NCBI GenBank assembly: GCA_050084985.1
Contig: JBITNC010000001.1
Span: 17,484,001 to 17,548,000 of the forward strand
Length of the DNA: 64,000 bases
Reading direction: 5' to 3'
Source of the DNA: Nageia nagi
Taxonomy: Eukaryota > Plantae > Pinophyta
A program made the translations under genes and the position numbers. Positions 14,031 to 27,436 of the stretch are shown in pieces. The notes beneath the pieces were generated by a model. The model was given only the letters and a program-made list of their open reading frames with translations, had not been told where the DNA came from and ran no database searches. Positions within the stretch are counted from its first letter, which is position 1; each line of letters starts with the position of its first letter.

Positions 14031-16933
14031 ATGGTTAAGATAACATGATCACATAAGTATTTTATTGGTGATGTTATCATCAAGGGGAAGAAATAAGTTA
14101 TAAAAATATTATGATGTGATGACACCCTCATATACCAAAAGATAAATACAAAATAATGATCTAAAATAATCAAACATAAAAATCAAAAATGAATTTTTTT
14201 TATGATGTTTGATGATATTTATATATCTTGTTTGAAAATGCTTTCATATCATTTAGTTGATTATGCATTTGATGATGTTGTGAACATTATTTATTGTTGA
14301 TATCATGTTATGGATGATACTTTTTATTTCATTTGCACATGTGATATTTAGTTGATGATATATGTCATATTTGATGTTGTGCATATGTGATGAATTGGTA
14401 TATTTGTGAACCATTTGATCAGTTATGGATAATATTTATCTTATATATGATGCATCTAATTGATCTTGCTTATGAACTACTTGTAACTTGCAGGTTTCTT
14501 CTTGAGAATGCAAGTTACTTTGGGTATGCAGACTCATGGAGGCTTATCATATAAACATGTTATTAAATGACTACTCTTGTACATTGAAATAATTTATGGT
14601 TAATGATTGTATTGTAAAACTATTTGTTAAAATGGTTAATTAATTGATTCATTGTAGAACCATCTATATTCTATTACTTCTCAAAAGTTCTCATCTTTGA
14701 TTGTATTCTTATGGAGGAGAACTCTCTTACTCTTTCTCTTTATTTTTTTACTCTCTACCCCAATATTGCATTGAAGGGGAGTGTTGAGAATTATAATGCA
14801 TTATTGTATAATATCTTCCTTTAATGTGAACCCACAATGTAAATCTACTTAATACTTAAAGTATCTCTAGATACCTTAAAGCATTAAGGGAATAAATATG
14901 GAAAAAGTTTTAACCTTGCTCTTGGATAAAAGGGTGGTTAAAGATTGGGTTTTATCTTATAAATAGAGAGCTACCCCCCTCTCATTATATTTGTATAAGT
15001 ATGAAGATGTTAGTCTTACAGAGTTATAGTAATTCTCATGTAGGAGCTTTGTAAAAGAATTCTTGAGAACTAATAGAAGAGATGGTTCAAAGTGACTGTA
15101 CTCCTAAGAGTTGGAGTAACCACTATACATTGTATATTCTCATTTGTGTGAATACTTTATTCTTAGTTAGATTTTTTGGAGAAGTTAAGAGATCTTATTT
15201 TATAGAATCTTTCAATTCCGTCACTTTTCTAGGTTGTAGAAGAAGGAAGAATGTGAGTTGTTATAAGAGAGTGCTATTTGAGAATAAGATCTTATATTAG
15301 AGGATATATTCCCTTGGTTGGAGGAACCACTTTATACTAGTATCATCTTGTGTGAATGCTACTTTGAGTTTATATTCTAAATGCTTAAAGAATTTGAGAG
15401 AGCTTTCCTATGAGCTTTGGGCAATTAGGGATTTAGTCATTTAGGTTTATTTCCCTCAATTAATGATTAACTACATATTTTTATTTCAAGAATATGAATT
15501 TGATGACAAGGGTATCAATTCACATAAATTCCTTTTTTTATAGTGAGTGATGCCTCCCGATCCCTAGCGACATCGCTTAAACATAGCACATTAGCAGATA
15601 TAAAAAAACTATGAGAATATTTCATGTATTAAATGTGCATCAAAAAAGGATATTAAATTTAATTTTTCATTTAATCGATGTACATGAAGATAAAAGCATT
15701 CAATTTCAAGTATATAAATAATCAATAACTCATTACATTTTTACCATTTAATTTTGTATCTTGGAGCCCTAGGTCTTGAGTTTTTAAGTGAGTTTTCTAG
15801 CTAAGAGTGATAAGTGAAGGATCTATAGCAGTTTAGAAGTAAGTACTATCATCATATCACAATAAATTACTTCAAAGGAGGGCCATATGGTGTTGGTTAT
15901 TCATTCTTTCACCAAAGGGCACCAAGTACCAAAACGTTTCTCATTTCTTCCTATTGTGCACAAGATTAAATATATTTGATGGATTACTTTTTCAATTTTG
16001 CCTAGTTTCATATGAATTCAGTGAATTATCATAATTTTAGATAATAAAACATACAAAACATTTTATTCTACATGGAAAAGAAATATCACTATTTTTACCA
16101 TAAACCTAGCCTAAAATAGCTGAATTTTTGACTTTTTTGAAAAAATATGGTGCAATTTTAGGTGGCACTATTGGGTTTTTGGCATCACCACTAGAATAAT
16201 AGTGACCATGAAAACCTTAACTTATAGAAATTATTCTAATTTACATACCTATTGTAATTGAAATTTTTGTAAAATAGTCCTAAATTTTTAATATATAACA
16301 AAAATATGCATTTTTTAATGAAACATAACTTTCAGTTTGAGTTTATTTCTTACTTACCTAGATACTTACCTCTTTTTTTTCTTCATGTATGCAAGATCAA
16401 GCTTATGTGATGAAGTGTGAGTCATGGAGCCTTGATATGGGTATTGTTTATGATTTTGTATTTACATGGGAGGAGAGAATGTTTAGAGGTTGCAGGATTG
16501 AGTCGAATGAGGCACACCCTTTGAATCTTGTGTAAAAAGCATTTCCTTATTTCCCTTATGGAGTGTTGGTGTGATGACACCAACACATTTCACCTTTGTA
16601 TAGATGAGATTACCATTACTCTCATAGAATTTCATTGCATACTTTAGGTACCCATGAAGGGTACAATTATTGATAGGGTTTTACTCTCCATGGAGAAAAT
16701 AAAGGATTATTGTTATTTGCTTACAAATTTTCATCACTATTAGCAGAAAAAGAAGGGTTCCCTCCTTCACAACACATTGTACATACCTCAAAGGATATTG
16801 ATAGTTCCCATTGGTTCATATTATATATCATAGTTTTTATCTACATTATCTTATATAACAATAAAAAACATGAATATTTTCACATAGATCTCATTCTAGT
16901 TGTGAAGGGGATATACATTCGAGGAGAGAGATA

Positions 16934-19366
16934 TGTTAGTTTTTTAGAGCCTAAATATCGCTAAGTTTATTTTTTATTTTTTATATCAATAACCACCTCC
17001 AGCAAACCAATTATTTTTTTTCTAATTTTAGTGTGTTGCATGGATAGAATTAAATGGTTGCCCAAGCCATATTGTAACCTTATTGCTATAAGTAAGAGAG
17101 GCGATTCTATTGTTTGTATGCTTCAGATTTATTGTTTAAGGTGCAAGATTGAGTTTGAGAGAGGATTGTTGATGAGAAGAAGAGCAAGGAGAGACTAGTG
17201 TGTGAGGGTTCACAACTCTATTTCATAAAGGATTGATTGTAACATTGTTGCAAGGGAGATCCCTTTAAGGAATAATAGGAGGACTATATATGGAGTAGCC
17301 TATATTTTGGGTGAACCATTTCACATGTTTTTTTAATCTTTGATTTATTATTGTGTGTTGTTTCTTTCATATTTTCTATTTCATTGTTATTTTCAATCTC
17401 TACTATATATTTCTCCAAGAAGATTAATTTTTATTTAATCGATAAATCCCAATAATTTATATCAGAGCTAACTATTGGATGCACTAAAAAAAATAAGATA
17501 GTTTTCAATTTGAGTGGAACCAATGGAAGATATATCAAAATTCAAAGTGCAAAAATTTGATGGAAAGAATTACCAATTTTGGTGAATGCAAATTGAATAC
17601 TTGTTGTTGATGAAGGATTTCTATATATCTCTAAAGGGAGTAATGAAGAAACCTTCTTCTATGATGGACGAGGAGTGGATTCTTCTTGATAGGAATGCAT
17701 TGGTTGTTATCTAGTTTATTCTCACTTATTTTATGGCATTCAATATCTCTGATGAAAAGACTACAAAGGATCTTATGGATGCACTAAAAAAACTCTATGA
17801 AAATCCCTCAACATCAAACAAGGTATTCATAGTAAAACAACTTTATAATTTGCGTATTCCAAAAGGTGGATCTATAGCTAATCATTTAAATGAGTTCAAT
17901 ATGATTGTTAGTGAGTTATCCTCTTTTCAATTTAAAATAGAAAAAGATATGAAGACCATTCTATTCTTGTGTTCATTACTTGATAGCTGGGAGAGCTTGG
18001 TAATTACTATTAGTATTATTTTTGGTGTTCTTTATTTTTATGATCTGATGAGTGCAATCCTTGGCAATGACATGCAAATGAAGAGCACAAGAGAGTCATC
18101 ATATGGTGTAGAAATGATTTCTAAAGGACAACAAGGGGAAATAATAGTGTGTTCGGGGAACCGTGAAGAGAAAAGTAGATCCAAATCCAAGCAAAGATTA
18201 GAATGCTAGTATTGTCATAAGAAGGGGAACCTAAAGAAGGATTGTTGGGATTAAAAATTATAGGAAGAGAAAGAAAATATAGTCAAGGAAGAGGCATTGA
18301 TTCTTTCATCTACAAGGGATTATTAAGCAGTAGAAGCAGGGAGACATGTCCAAGAATATGGACATGGCTCAGGATTTACTATATGGTTTCATGATGGAAT
18401 ACATAATATAATCATAGATTTAGATCATTGTGACCCTAAGTCCCTAAGTTGGAAGGTAATTCCACACTTGAGGAGTGTGGATCCAAAGCTAGTGGAAAAG
18501 CCATATTTTGTGTGCATGTTATGGGTCATCCATAGTATGTATATCTTGCCATGGTGGTGATGCTTGATTCACCATGATATAGTAGTTTTGAGGATGTTAT
18601 TATTATCATTAATGTGTGGTAGGTAGATTGTGTGTTGCTTATTGATCACAGGATAAAAGTGCATGGATGAAACTAGTTCAATGTGATGGTTTAGAGCATG
18701 GATACAATAATCTGGAGGAAGTGACATTCCTTATTTGGTTGAAGAGTTATCTTCAACAGATGTAATAATAGTAGAGTTGTTGTGCTTTTAGTCCTAAGTT
18801 GCAAGGTTGTTGTTGCAATTTCAATCTCTAAGTGGGAAATTGTTAGTTTTTTGGAGCCTAAAAATTATTTAAGTTTATTTTTTATTTTTTCTATCAATAA
18901 CCACCTATAGAAAATCGATTATTTTTTCTAATTTTAGTGTGTTGCATAGATAGAATTGCATGGCTACCTAATCCATATTGTAACCTTCTTGTTATAAGTA
19001 AGAGAGGGGATTATATTGTTTGTATACTCCAAATTTATTGTGTAAGGTGCAAGATTGAGTTTGAGAGAGGATTGTTGATGAGAAAAACAGAAATGAGAGA
19101 CTAGTGTGTGAGGGTTACAGACTCTATTTTAGAGAGGATTGATTGTAACATTGTTGCAAGGGAGATCCCTTTAAGGAATAATAGAAGGAGGATTATTTTA
19201 TGGAGTAGCCCATATTTTGGGTGAACCGCTACACATGTTGTGTTTGTATATGATTTATTGTTATGTGTGTTGTTTCTTTGATATTATCTATTCTATTGCT
19301 ATTTTCAATCTTGGATATATATTGCTCCAAGAAGATTAATTTTTATTTAATCAGCAAATCCCAACA
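16934..19366 (+). mobile_element. Gag-only Ty1/copia-derived LTR element (TR-GAG-like), 2.4 kb
   Basis: LTRs 16934-17454 and 18841-19366, perfect TSD AGATA, degenerate PBS TTATATCAGAGC (17457-17468), PPT aagtgggaaat before 18841. Confidence 0.9.
17523..18250 (+). pseudogene. gag: Copia gag (Tnt1/Tork-like; UBN2 domain and zinc knuckle), with stops
   Basis: MEDISKFKVQKFDGKNYQFW*MQIE..., the ORF-track segment 17733-18209 (LYNL...HLNEFN...[12 protein letters not shown]), and knuckle C*YCHKKGNLKKDC. Confidence 0.85.
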
Positions 19367-21399
19367 AGATACGCATGAGCACTATGCATACTTAATGGCA
19401 CATTCTTTTATTCTTCAACTTTAGGCTTATGACCATATCAGTGTTTCTTGTACATGTATACCCATAGTTACACATTCAAATCTACCACATTGGCTTAAGT
19501 GGCATATTACATAGTGTATTAGGATGTCTTGGGGTGTAGAGTAGTGTCGGTGACTACTTGACCTACTAGATAAGGAGCATATCACTTGGGAACCCTATTT
19601 TGACTTACTAATATGGGATAAGTCAAATGACTAGTTATCATGGAGTATGACTCCATGCCATATTCAAAGGTACACTTGGATTACAGATTTTTACGATACA
19701 AACTAGATTTTTAGATAATTTAGCATTACATAGGATATACATATTCCTCGAGTATTGTCCATCATCATTAAATACTATATATATCAATATGTACCAATAA
19801 GGAACCTTTTTATGCCATATTGGAGCCCAAAGTGGGAGGAGCCAAAGGATCATACCTCATAGTGTCGACTCCTTACCACCAACACACTATATAGTACCAG
19901 TTATGGTGGCCAACTCTTTTACCTATCACTCTTGGACTTGATGATGAGGATGAGGAGGGTGAGGATGAGGAGAAAGAGGAGGATCCTATAGAAATCAGGG
20001 CTTCACCATCACCTATCAAGATCATCAATCTTGCTATGTCATTCACATCGCATGTTGTGCCATCTCCACCTGCATCCATCATAGGCATAATTAATGCAAA
20101 CCTTTCTTAGTTACATAAAATAAAGATCATAATTGAAATATACACAATGATACTAATATATACATTTTTATTGAAAATAGGTATGCATACATAGATATAG
20201 GCTCTCTAAGCCAAGATCTCATTGTTATAGGAGCATATAGTTGCTCATGAATAGGAGATTGAGATCCTTCAAGCCCATATTAGTGCACAAGATGAGCAGA
20301 TAGAGGCCTTACATGCCTTACCACATGTCTCTCAACATCAACAGCTTAATAATCTCCAAGACTTGGTAGTGACAATGGATACTCAAATCCTTCAGTTTTA
20401 ACAGCCCTTGGCAACATCTATATCCAGGAGTAGATTTAGGTCTAGTTCCCATAGTATCTTAGTTGATCAATGTTCCCACCATGGAGTGAACTAAGTATGA
20501 TATTTTTCCATATATATACCTATTCACTATTTTTTTGTTACTATGGTTTATGATGCATGCATATATTTCTTATCATTTAAGAATTTTTCCATCATTAACA
20601 TATATTGAAAGAAAAATAATTTGTTATAAAAAATTAACTTATTAATCTAAAACCTACTTACGACATGACTTTTTACCTACATTATCAAAATGACCTATAT
20701 AAAAATTATTGATAACCTAATACATATTCACCAATAAATCATAAAAGATATCTACTAAAAATCTTATGAAAACTTAAAATTAACAATAAACTATTTACAA
20801 ATATGATTGTGATCATGAAAGACAAGTTAAGTAATCAAATTTAGGGTTATCATAAAAAACATAAAACCTAGCATCGTCACCCCATTTTCAGCGATGCTAC
20901 CAAAAAATTCAAACAAACAATCATACCAAGTAAATCACAAAGTTATGAAAATACATCAAATGAAGAAAAACATTTCATAGAATTAAAATCAAGCCAAATT
21001 TTATAAAAAGGTAGTGTTTTAATCTATAACTAGAATGTAATAAGAGCATGAATTTTTCCTTCATATCTAGCTAATACATACATGTACAAAGGGGTAAATA
21101 CTTTTAAAAATCCCTCAAAATGCCCCCCACACAAAAATAATAAAGAAACAATATTCATTAATGGAGCGGCGTTGTTGGGGCCAAGCAACGACACCCCAAA
21201 ATCAACACATAATTATTCAAAATTTAAATATTAATTATTTTTATTTTACAAAAAATAAGCACAAAATGAGAAGATACAAATAAAAATTCTACAAAATATC
21301 CCAAGTACCATCACTCTCAAGGATCATACATGGTATCAATGGTTATTGTCCTAGTGGTGCTTGTTGTTGCAATTAAGGTTACAAAATATTTATTGCATT

Positions 21400-24300
21400 A
21401 GTTTGAAGTTGTTTCCCATCATCATCAAGCATTGACTTCTTGAATTATGGAAGGGATTGTTGAAAATCCTCAATCTTTGGTTTTGTGGATGCACCGATCC
21501 ATCTTGTACCACCTTTACTCTATGCTGCTATAAAATTGTATCTAAAACTTCATGATCAGATTTAAACTTACCTTCATCATGTAAATCTTTTATTAAATTT
21601 TTCAAATTGCAACAGGTTTTTGTGATGTGTCTTGCTCTTTTATGAAACTTACAAAAAAGGTAAGATTGATATCCATGAGGTTTAATCCTAGGGGGATATT
21701 TTAATAGTGGGTAGTGAATCAAATTTTTATCAATCAAGGCATAAAGTATATCATTAATATCCTCATACAATTCCATGTATTTCCTTGGTGATCTGTTAGT
21801 TTCCATTACTTCAATGTGGTCATGACTAACCTTGGCTATCATGTTAACTTCTAACTATTTCAATTTTGAGTGACTTTAGATTGCTTAGGAAAAATAGGTT
21901 TAAGAACTACTTTTCGTTTCATGTGATTTAGAGGCTCATCAAAAGATTTTTAGCAGGATTCTTTGTTAAGCATTTCATTTATTAAATATTCATAAGGTAA
22001 GTCCTAAAAATCTAAATAATCATTTCTACATGATAAAAGCAAAGCTAGAAACAAAACATGTTTCTTTTCTTTATTATGTACTTGAAATAAATTAGCCACT
22101 TTTGTCTATTCAACTACGAAATCACTAATACATTGACCTTCCTTTTGTTTTAATTTATACATGTCCAAAGGGGATGATTCTTGTGGTATATACAAATGAT
22201 ATCTTTCAAGAAATACTTTACTTAAATCATCAAGACCTTGAATACTTTCATTAGGAAAATTTGTAAACCATAAAAATATATCAGAATGCAAACTAAATGG
22301 AAATATTTTAGCCAATAGATGATCATTATTTTAAAATGAACATGCTTATAAATGATATCTTCTTAAATGCTCCCTAAGATCTGAATAACCATCAAACATT
22401 ATAAAATTTACTTGTTTATCATACCCCTTTTGATGAATATGTTAGTAAAAGGGGTGTTCATTTCCTCTTGAAATCATGAGTGCAAATTTGTTAATGCAAG
22501 CCATTATGGAGTCTTTTGGTTCTTTAACGGAGTAATATTATTAACTGCATCATCAAGATGAATTTCTTATCTGGAAAATCTATATGTATCCTTGTTCTTA
22601 TCCTAATGAATGCCTTGAAATAATCTAAATCAATGAATTTTCTTCTATTTTAATCTTCTAATCAAATCATTCATTATTTCCATTTTGCTCACGATTTGAA
22701 GCAGCTTTGAAATCAATATCATGTTTGAGAAATTTTAACTCTTTTTTTAATATCTCATATTACTCATCAAACTATCATGGTCTTTATCACATACCAAACC
22801 TAACTATGGCCTCCACTTTTGCATTCCATATGTTGTGTAGTTTTGTTGGTTGAGTTACTCAAGTATCAATGATATCAACTAACTCTTCTTCATCAATATT
22901 ATCTTCCTAATTTCCTCATAATTAGGTAATTACTCTTGAAGCACATGATATTCCTCTTCTTCATGTGATCATGATTTTTATGGATTTTGGTTCAAAAATA
23001 AGGTCTATAATGGGGCAACATCATAGGGTTGATCAATATCATCGAGATTTGGCTCATCAGGAATAGATTGTTTTGGAATTTCAATATTAGGTATTTCATT
23101 TTGCAAGGGAATTTGGAAATTTAAGTAACTCATTATGGGGAATAAAAATACTTATATGTTTGGTGACAAGGGGTTATAATCATATCATTTTGAGTTTTTC
23201 GCATCATTTATTTTTGTTTGACATATTCAAGATTAGTTTCCAGGGAATATCCTAATAAATGCTTTATCTTAATTAATATTTTGTGTAAACATTACACACA
23301 ATGGGTAAGCATTCTTTATCAGCCAATAATTCCCTACCATATAGACTTGATAAAATTCTAATAAGGACCTTTATGTCTTAATGGTAGAGTTCTTCATTCT
23401 CTTAAATGTTATTATCTTCTCTCAAATCATTCTTATCTATTGAATGACAACAATCCTTTGGAGCACTATCATATTCATCATGATGATACAACTTTTTCAC
23501 TCGTTCACTTTGTCATCTATGTGCATTAGCATAATTCATTCTTGCTCTTATATTTTTTGGTTTAACAAACATGATACTGAGGGAGCACTTGATTAGAAAT
23601 AACAAGTGTATCCATATCTAAAATACTCAAAATACAATATTACTTCTATTAAAAAACCTTAGAGTTTTTAGCACAACTAATGAAGGATAAAGCAATGTGT
23701 TGAAGAGAGTCAAGTTCACCAATTTTTATAACCAAAATAATAATTTATTATGGCTATTTATGATATTCACTTTAACTAAATAATGATGAAATAGTAGTAA
23801 AATAGCAATAACATGAAAGATATGAATGATCAAAGTTAAACTAATTAACCTCAGCCTATCAAACTTGGGTTAATGAAGATACAAATATGTACTTTACTTA
23901 TCACAATGATTGAAGATGATATTTGACTTAAATGGAATTGACAACAAGATTCTCCATGAAATGAAGCCACTGATCCATCCTCAACCCAATGTCATTGCTA
24001 GGAACCTAGCTTTGCCACCTAGCTATCTTTCCAAAAGGACTCAATTTTTGCTCAATTTCATTAACACATATTCAAAGCTCAAAATATTATGCATGATTGG
24101 TTTGAAATATCATAGGATTGCTAAACTCAAAGTATAACAAAATCCAAATATAATAGATGGCATTAAGAGACACTGGTTAATAGGACCAAAGTATGTTGCC
24201 ACCTATCAAGTATTTTAGATCATGTCATGATTTCTCATGAACAACCCTTACACATTTATAGATAGCAATTCTAGTGCTAAGGCTCTTCCTTGGTCTTATG

Positions 24301-24448
24301 GTGTACACGGGTTGACCTGTTATCACAAAACATAAACGTAGTTGAGTGTGCATAGTAAAAGCTCATTAAATCACTTAATTAATTAAATAAATATAACTAA
24401 CTAAAAGGTCTATTTTAATTAAATTAAAATTTATTTTTAGGTGTTAAA
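21400..24448 (-). mobile_element. Ty3/gypsy (Tat/Ogre-like) relic: gag fragments plus a possible 5' LTR
   Basis: ORF 22106-22315 (FPFSL...WF..F...SI....DL...FL..Y...LKQKEGQ) is retrotransposon-gag-like. ORF 21528-21842 carries CKFHKRARHITKTCCNLKNLIKDL, a Tat/Ogre-type knuckle. The PBS-like TGGTGAAC near 23721 and the LTR at ~23724-24448 are tentative. Confidence 0.7.
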
Positions 24449-24469
24449 AATTGGGTTAGAATCCTATAT

Positions 24470-24770
24470 GAAAGGAAGAGAACCTTAGGGTATGCTTTAT
24501 TTTTTGGTGAATCCCTCATTTCATCGAGCAATAGGAATCAACAAGTAATTTATATTTCCACTACAAAAGCAAAATATAAAGCTTCCTCCTTTGCTTGCAT
24601 ACAAGACATTTGGATAGCTCAATTGTTTGAGGATTTTGGTAGGGAAAACTTTCCCAACCCGTTCCCATCCATTATGAAAATACCAAAACCATTGCAATGA
24701 CCAAGAATCTAGTGTTTCATAGCGGGAGAAAACACATAGATATTTGATACCATTTTATAAGAGACCTCCA
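24470..24770 (+). pseudogene. Copia RNase H fragment
   Basis: Reads GYALFFG...ISTTKAKY...IAMTKNLVFHSGRKHIDI*YHFIRDL across frameshifts. Confidence 0.8.
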
Positions 24771-25080
24771 TCTTCAAGATAAAACATGTTTCAAGCTTTT
24801 TGATATCTTTTCTCACTCATCAGATATATTTTGTTTCTTTTTCATATCATGTTGTGCTTGTCATATCGTGTTGTGCTTGCCATGTCATATCATTCTTATC
24901 ATTTCATGCCATATCATACCCTACAAAGCCTTATCACATCGTTTTCATACTTTTTTTATTGTTATTGCTCTAGTCCAATAACATTCAATGCTTTTATTAC
25001 CTCACTACATTGTTCTCTATTTTCTTCTCACATAATCACTCATGTCACCTAGCATGCAATGCTTTATTGTCTTATCGATC

Positions 25081-26744
25081 TGATATGGAATCTAAAATTC
25101 AGAATATATTTTATTATGAAATAAGCCTTTAAATAGGCAAGATTACAATGAATACCATGGTAATGTACACATGGTATTGAGAATATGATTGTACAAGACA
25201 ACCATAAATATTAAATTACCTTAATGAATACCATGGTTTGATAGCATGGTATTAAGGATATGATTTTACAAGACAACTGTAAATATTAAATGATATTAAA
25301 TAAATGCATCTAAAGCATTATTTCATCCTAGATACCTTAGAAAGGTATTTTATTAGTATTTATTATTCCTTATCATTCCTCCCAACAACAAGAGCTTTGG
25401 TCCCCAAATCTTAGGAGGAGGGGTTGAAGAAAAATCCAAATGAACAAGATACAAAGTTGTTGATGTCAATGCAATTTTCAAAGCTAAAAGATGAAGCAAT
25501 GCAAGAGAGCCAAAAACATGACCATGTAATTGCTATAATATCGACTATGACTCTTTTCTCCTCAAGAGTAACCATATAGAAGTCCAAGGAATGATGGGCA
25601 TTGGTAGAATGGAACTACTACTCTAAGTGATGGAGTACCCAATACATATGCTATGCGATATCCAATGAACAATGGTGATAGTTGTAAAAAGAATCCCAAC
25701 AATTAATTTTTGATTCATGGAAGAATCAATAGAACACTACAAAAAGCTTTGAAATACAAAAACATTGAAACATTATGAAGACCAAGTATCTTGAAAATGA
25801 ACTCATATACCAAAGAATGCAAAGAGAGTCCTCAACTTGAAACCAAGGCATGAACTTTTCTTTAATGATGGAATTATGGAAGAAGGAAGAGCTCAAAAGT
25901 TGAAGACCAATGCATCAAAGAGAACAATCATAAAATAATGGCAATCAAACAAAGCATAAAGAGCCAAACTATACCATGCAACCACTCATTGCGAAGATCT
26001 TGAAGTGAAAGAGCCAATAGAATAGGTGGCATTCCAAATGGAGACCTGAGGAAGAATATATGATAAAAACTCCTTCAAAATGGGAAGTGTAGTTGCAATC
26101 CCTATAAAAATAGGCAACTTGTAGAAGCCATAATTTTTTATCCAAAGATCTATTTTATGTGTTATTTAGGCCATTGAAAAGGTATAGGTGTGTAAAATGC
26201 ACACAAAATTTCATTCCATTTGGAGTAGTATAGGATCTTCATTTTTCACTTGCATAAAAACATATTTGGAACACATGGGAGGAACGAATATGATCTTCGA
26301 ATGCTAGTGGATGGATATGGAATCACTAATCTCAATACACATAAAGGAAGATGAGGGAGGGGATATTAGCATGGAGCCAATCACCCCTCAGATCTTATGA
26401 AGAAATTTGAGAGCAAAGGTCACAGAGTACAATCATATTTTGATACCAATAATATGGAACTTCAAATTTATAATACATTTTATTATAAAATAAGCCTTTA
26501 AATAGGAAAGATTACAATGAATACCATGGTAATGTACACATGGTATTGAGAACATAGTTTTACAATACAACTGTAAATATTAAATGACCTTAATGAATAC
26601 CATGGTTTGATAACATGGTATTGAGGATACAATTTTACAAGACAACCATAAACATTAAATGATATTAAATAAATGAATTTAAAGCATTATTTTATCATAG
26701 ATACCTTAGAAAGGTATTTTATTATTATTTATTATTCCTCATCA
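25081..26744 (-). mobile_element. TRIM-like non-autonomous LTR element (1.66 kb)
   Basis: 295-bp direct repeats at 25081-25375 and 26450-26744. Minus-strand PBS TGGTATCAAAAT (26448-26437), PPT GGGAGGAA next to 25375, TSD CGATC/CAATC, and no ORF inside. Confidence 0.88.
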
Positions 26745-27436
26745 CAATCTTTCTTTGAGATTTTGTTGATATAATCTACCTTACCACTTGATACTTATTA
26801 CATTTCTTATTATGACATGCTTTGAGAATCCTATTGCTAAGGCCATTGCTCTCATCATTCAACACTTAATACTTTTCATACCTTATTCCATCATGATCAA
26901 GCACTTTTTAATATCATCGCCTTCAAAGTTATAGATTATATATTATTTCCTTATGTCATACTATGATAACATTTTAGCTAGCATAATCCTTACAAAAGTA
27001 TGACATTTCCCTATTTCCTATTGACATTGCATCATGGTTACCTTTCTATTGATTTCATCTCAAAAGTATGGCATTTCACCTTTTGCCTTGTCTTGCATTG
27101 CATGTTAGATTTTCCACTTTTCCTTTGCTACGCATTGAAGTCACTTAAGGCACTCTACTTCCCTTATATGTATTTTTCTATATCCCCATTAACAGTTTTT
27201 CTCACCCGTGGATATTAATATCAAATTTCAATTTGAATATCTTTATTTTACATCCACTTTCATTCATATCATTGAGTAAACTTTTAGGTTAATAATACAA
27301 AACATTAAAATATCCTTGTTATAGAAGAGTTAGCATGTTTGAAAACATCTAAATACACCTAATTAAGATGCAAACTTACTTAGTATATAAACCAAAACAC
27401 CCTATAGGGAAAGGATTATGGAAATAATAATATATG

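Larger units (their letters stand above)
10037..15223 (+). mobile_element. Non-autonomous LTR retrotransposon (LARD-like, no coding capacity)
   Basis: LTRs 10037-10507 and 14782-15223 (TG...CA), PBS TGGTATTAGAGC at 10510-10521 (tRNA-iMet type), PPT just before 14782, TSD CTTGT/CTTTT. The ~4.3-kb interior has no ORF >60 aa in the track. Confidence 0.9.
9754..15458 (+). mobile_element. 3' LTR (with PPT) of an older member of the same LTR family, split by a nested insertion; halves 9763-10036 and 15229-15458
   Basis: ctctaccccaatattgcattAAGGGGGAG-TGTT at ~9734-9766 matches the PPT context at 14753-14785 and 58408-58440. The U3 TATA motif ctataaatagaggg is in the left half, and gaggaaccact and terminal CA are in the right half. 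Confidence 0.75.
16390..19900 (+). pseudogene. Plant mobile domain (PMD, MAIN-like/aminotransferase-like) pseudogene, probably MULE- or TE-borne, interrupted by an LTR element
   Basis: From 16558: MECWCDDTNTFHLCIDEITITLIEFHCIL*VPMKG, resembling PMD ERWxxETxTFHLxxGEMTITLxD. After the insertion it continues RYA*ALCIL...ILQL*AYDHI, resembling YSWG...LQxWAxE. Confidence 0.75.

Noticed and set aside
19873-20088. Ser-rich 71-aa minus-strand ORF
   Set aside because: Antisense of an acidic (D/E) low-complexity tract following the PMD relic.
15540-21200. MULE terminal inverted repeats around the PMD pseudogene
   Set aside because: Only short palindromic agcgacatcgct-like motifs (15566, 20870, 21165) are visible. 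No long TIR pair or 9-bp TSD could be confirmed.
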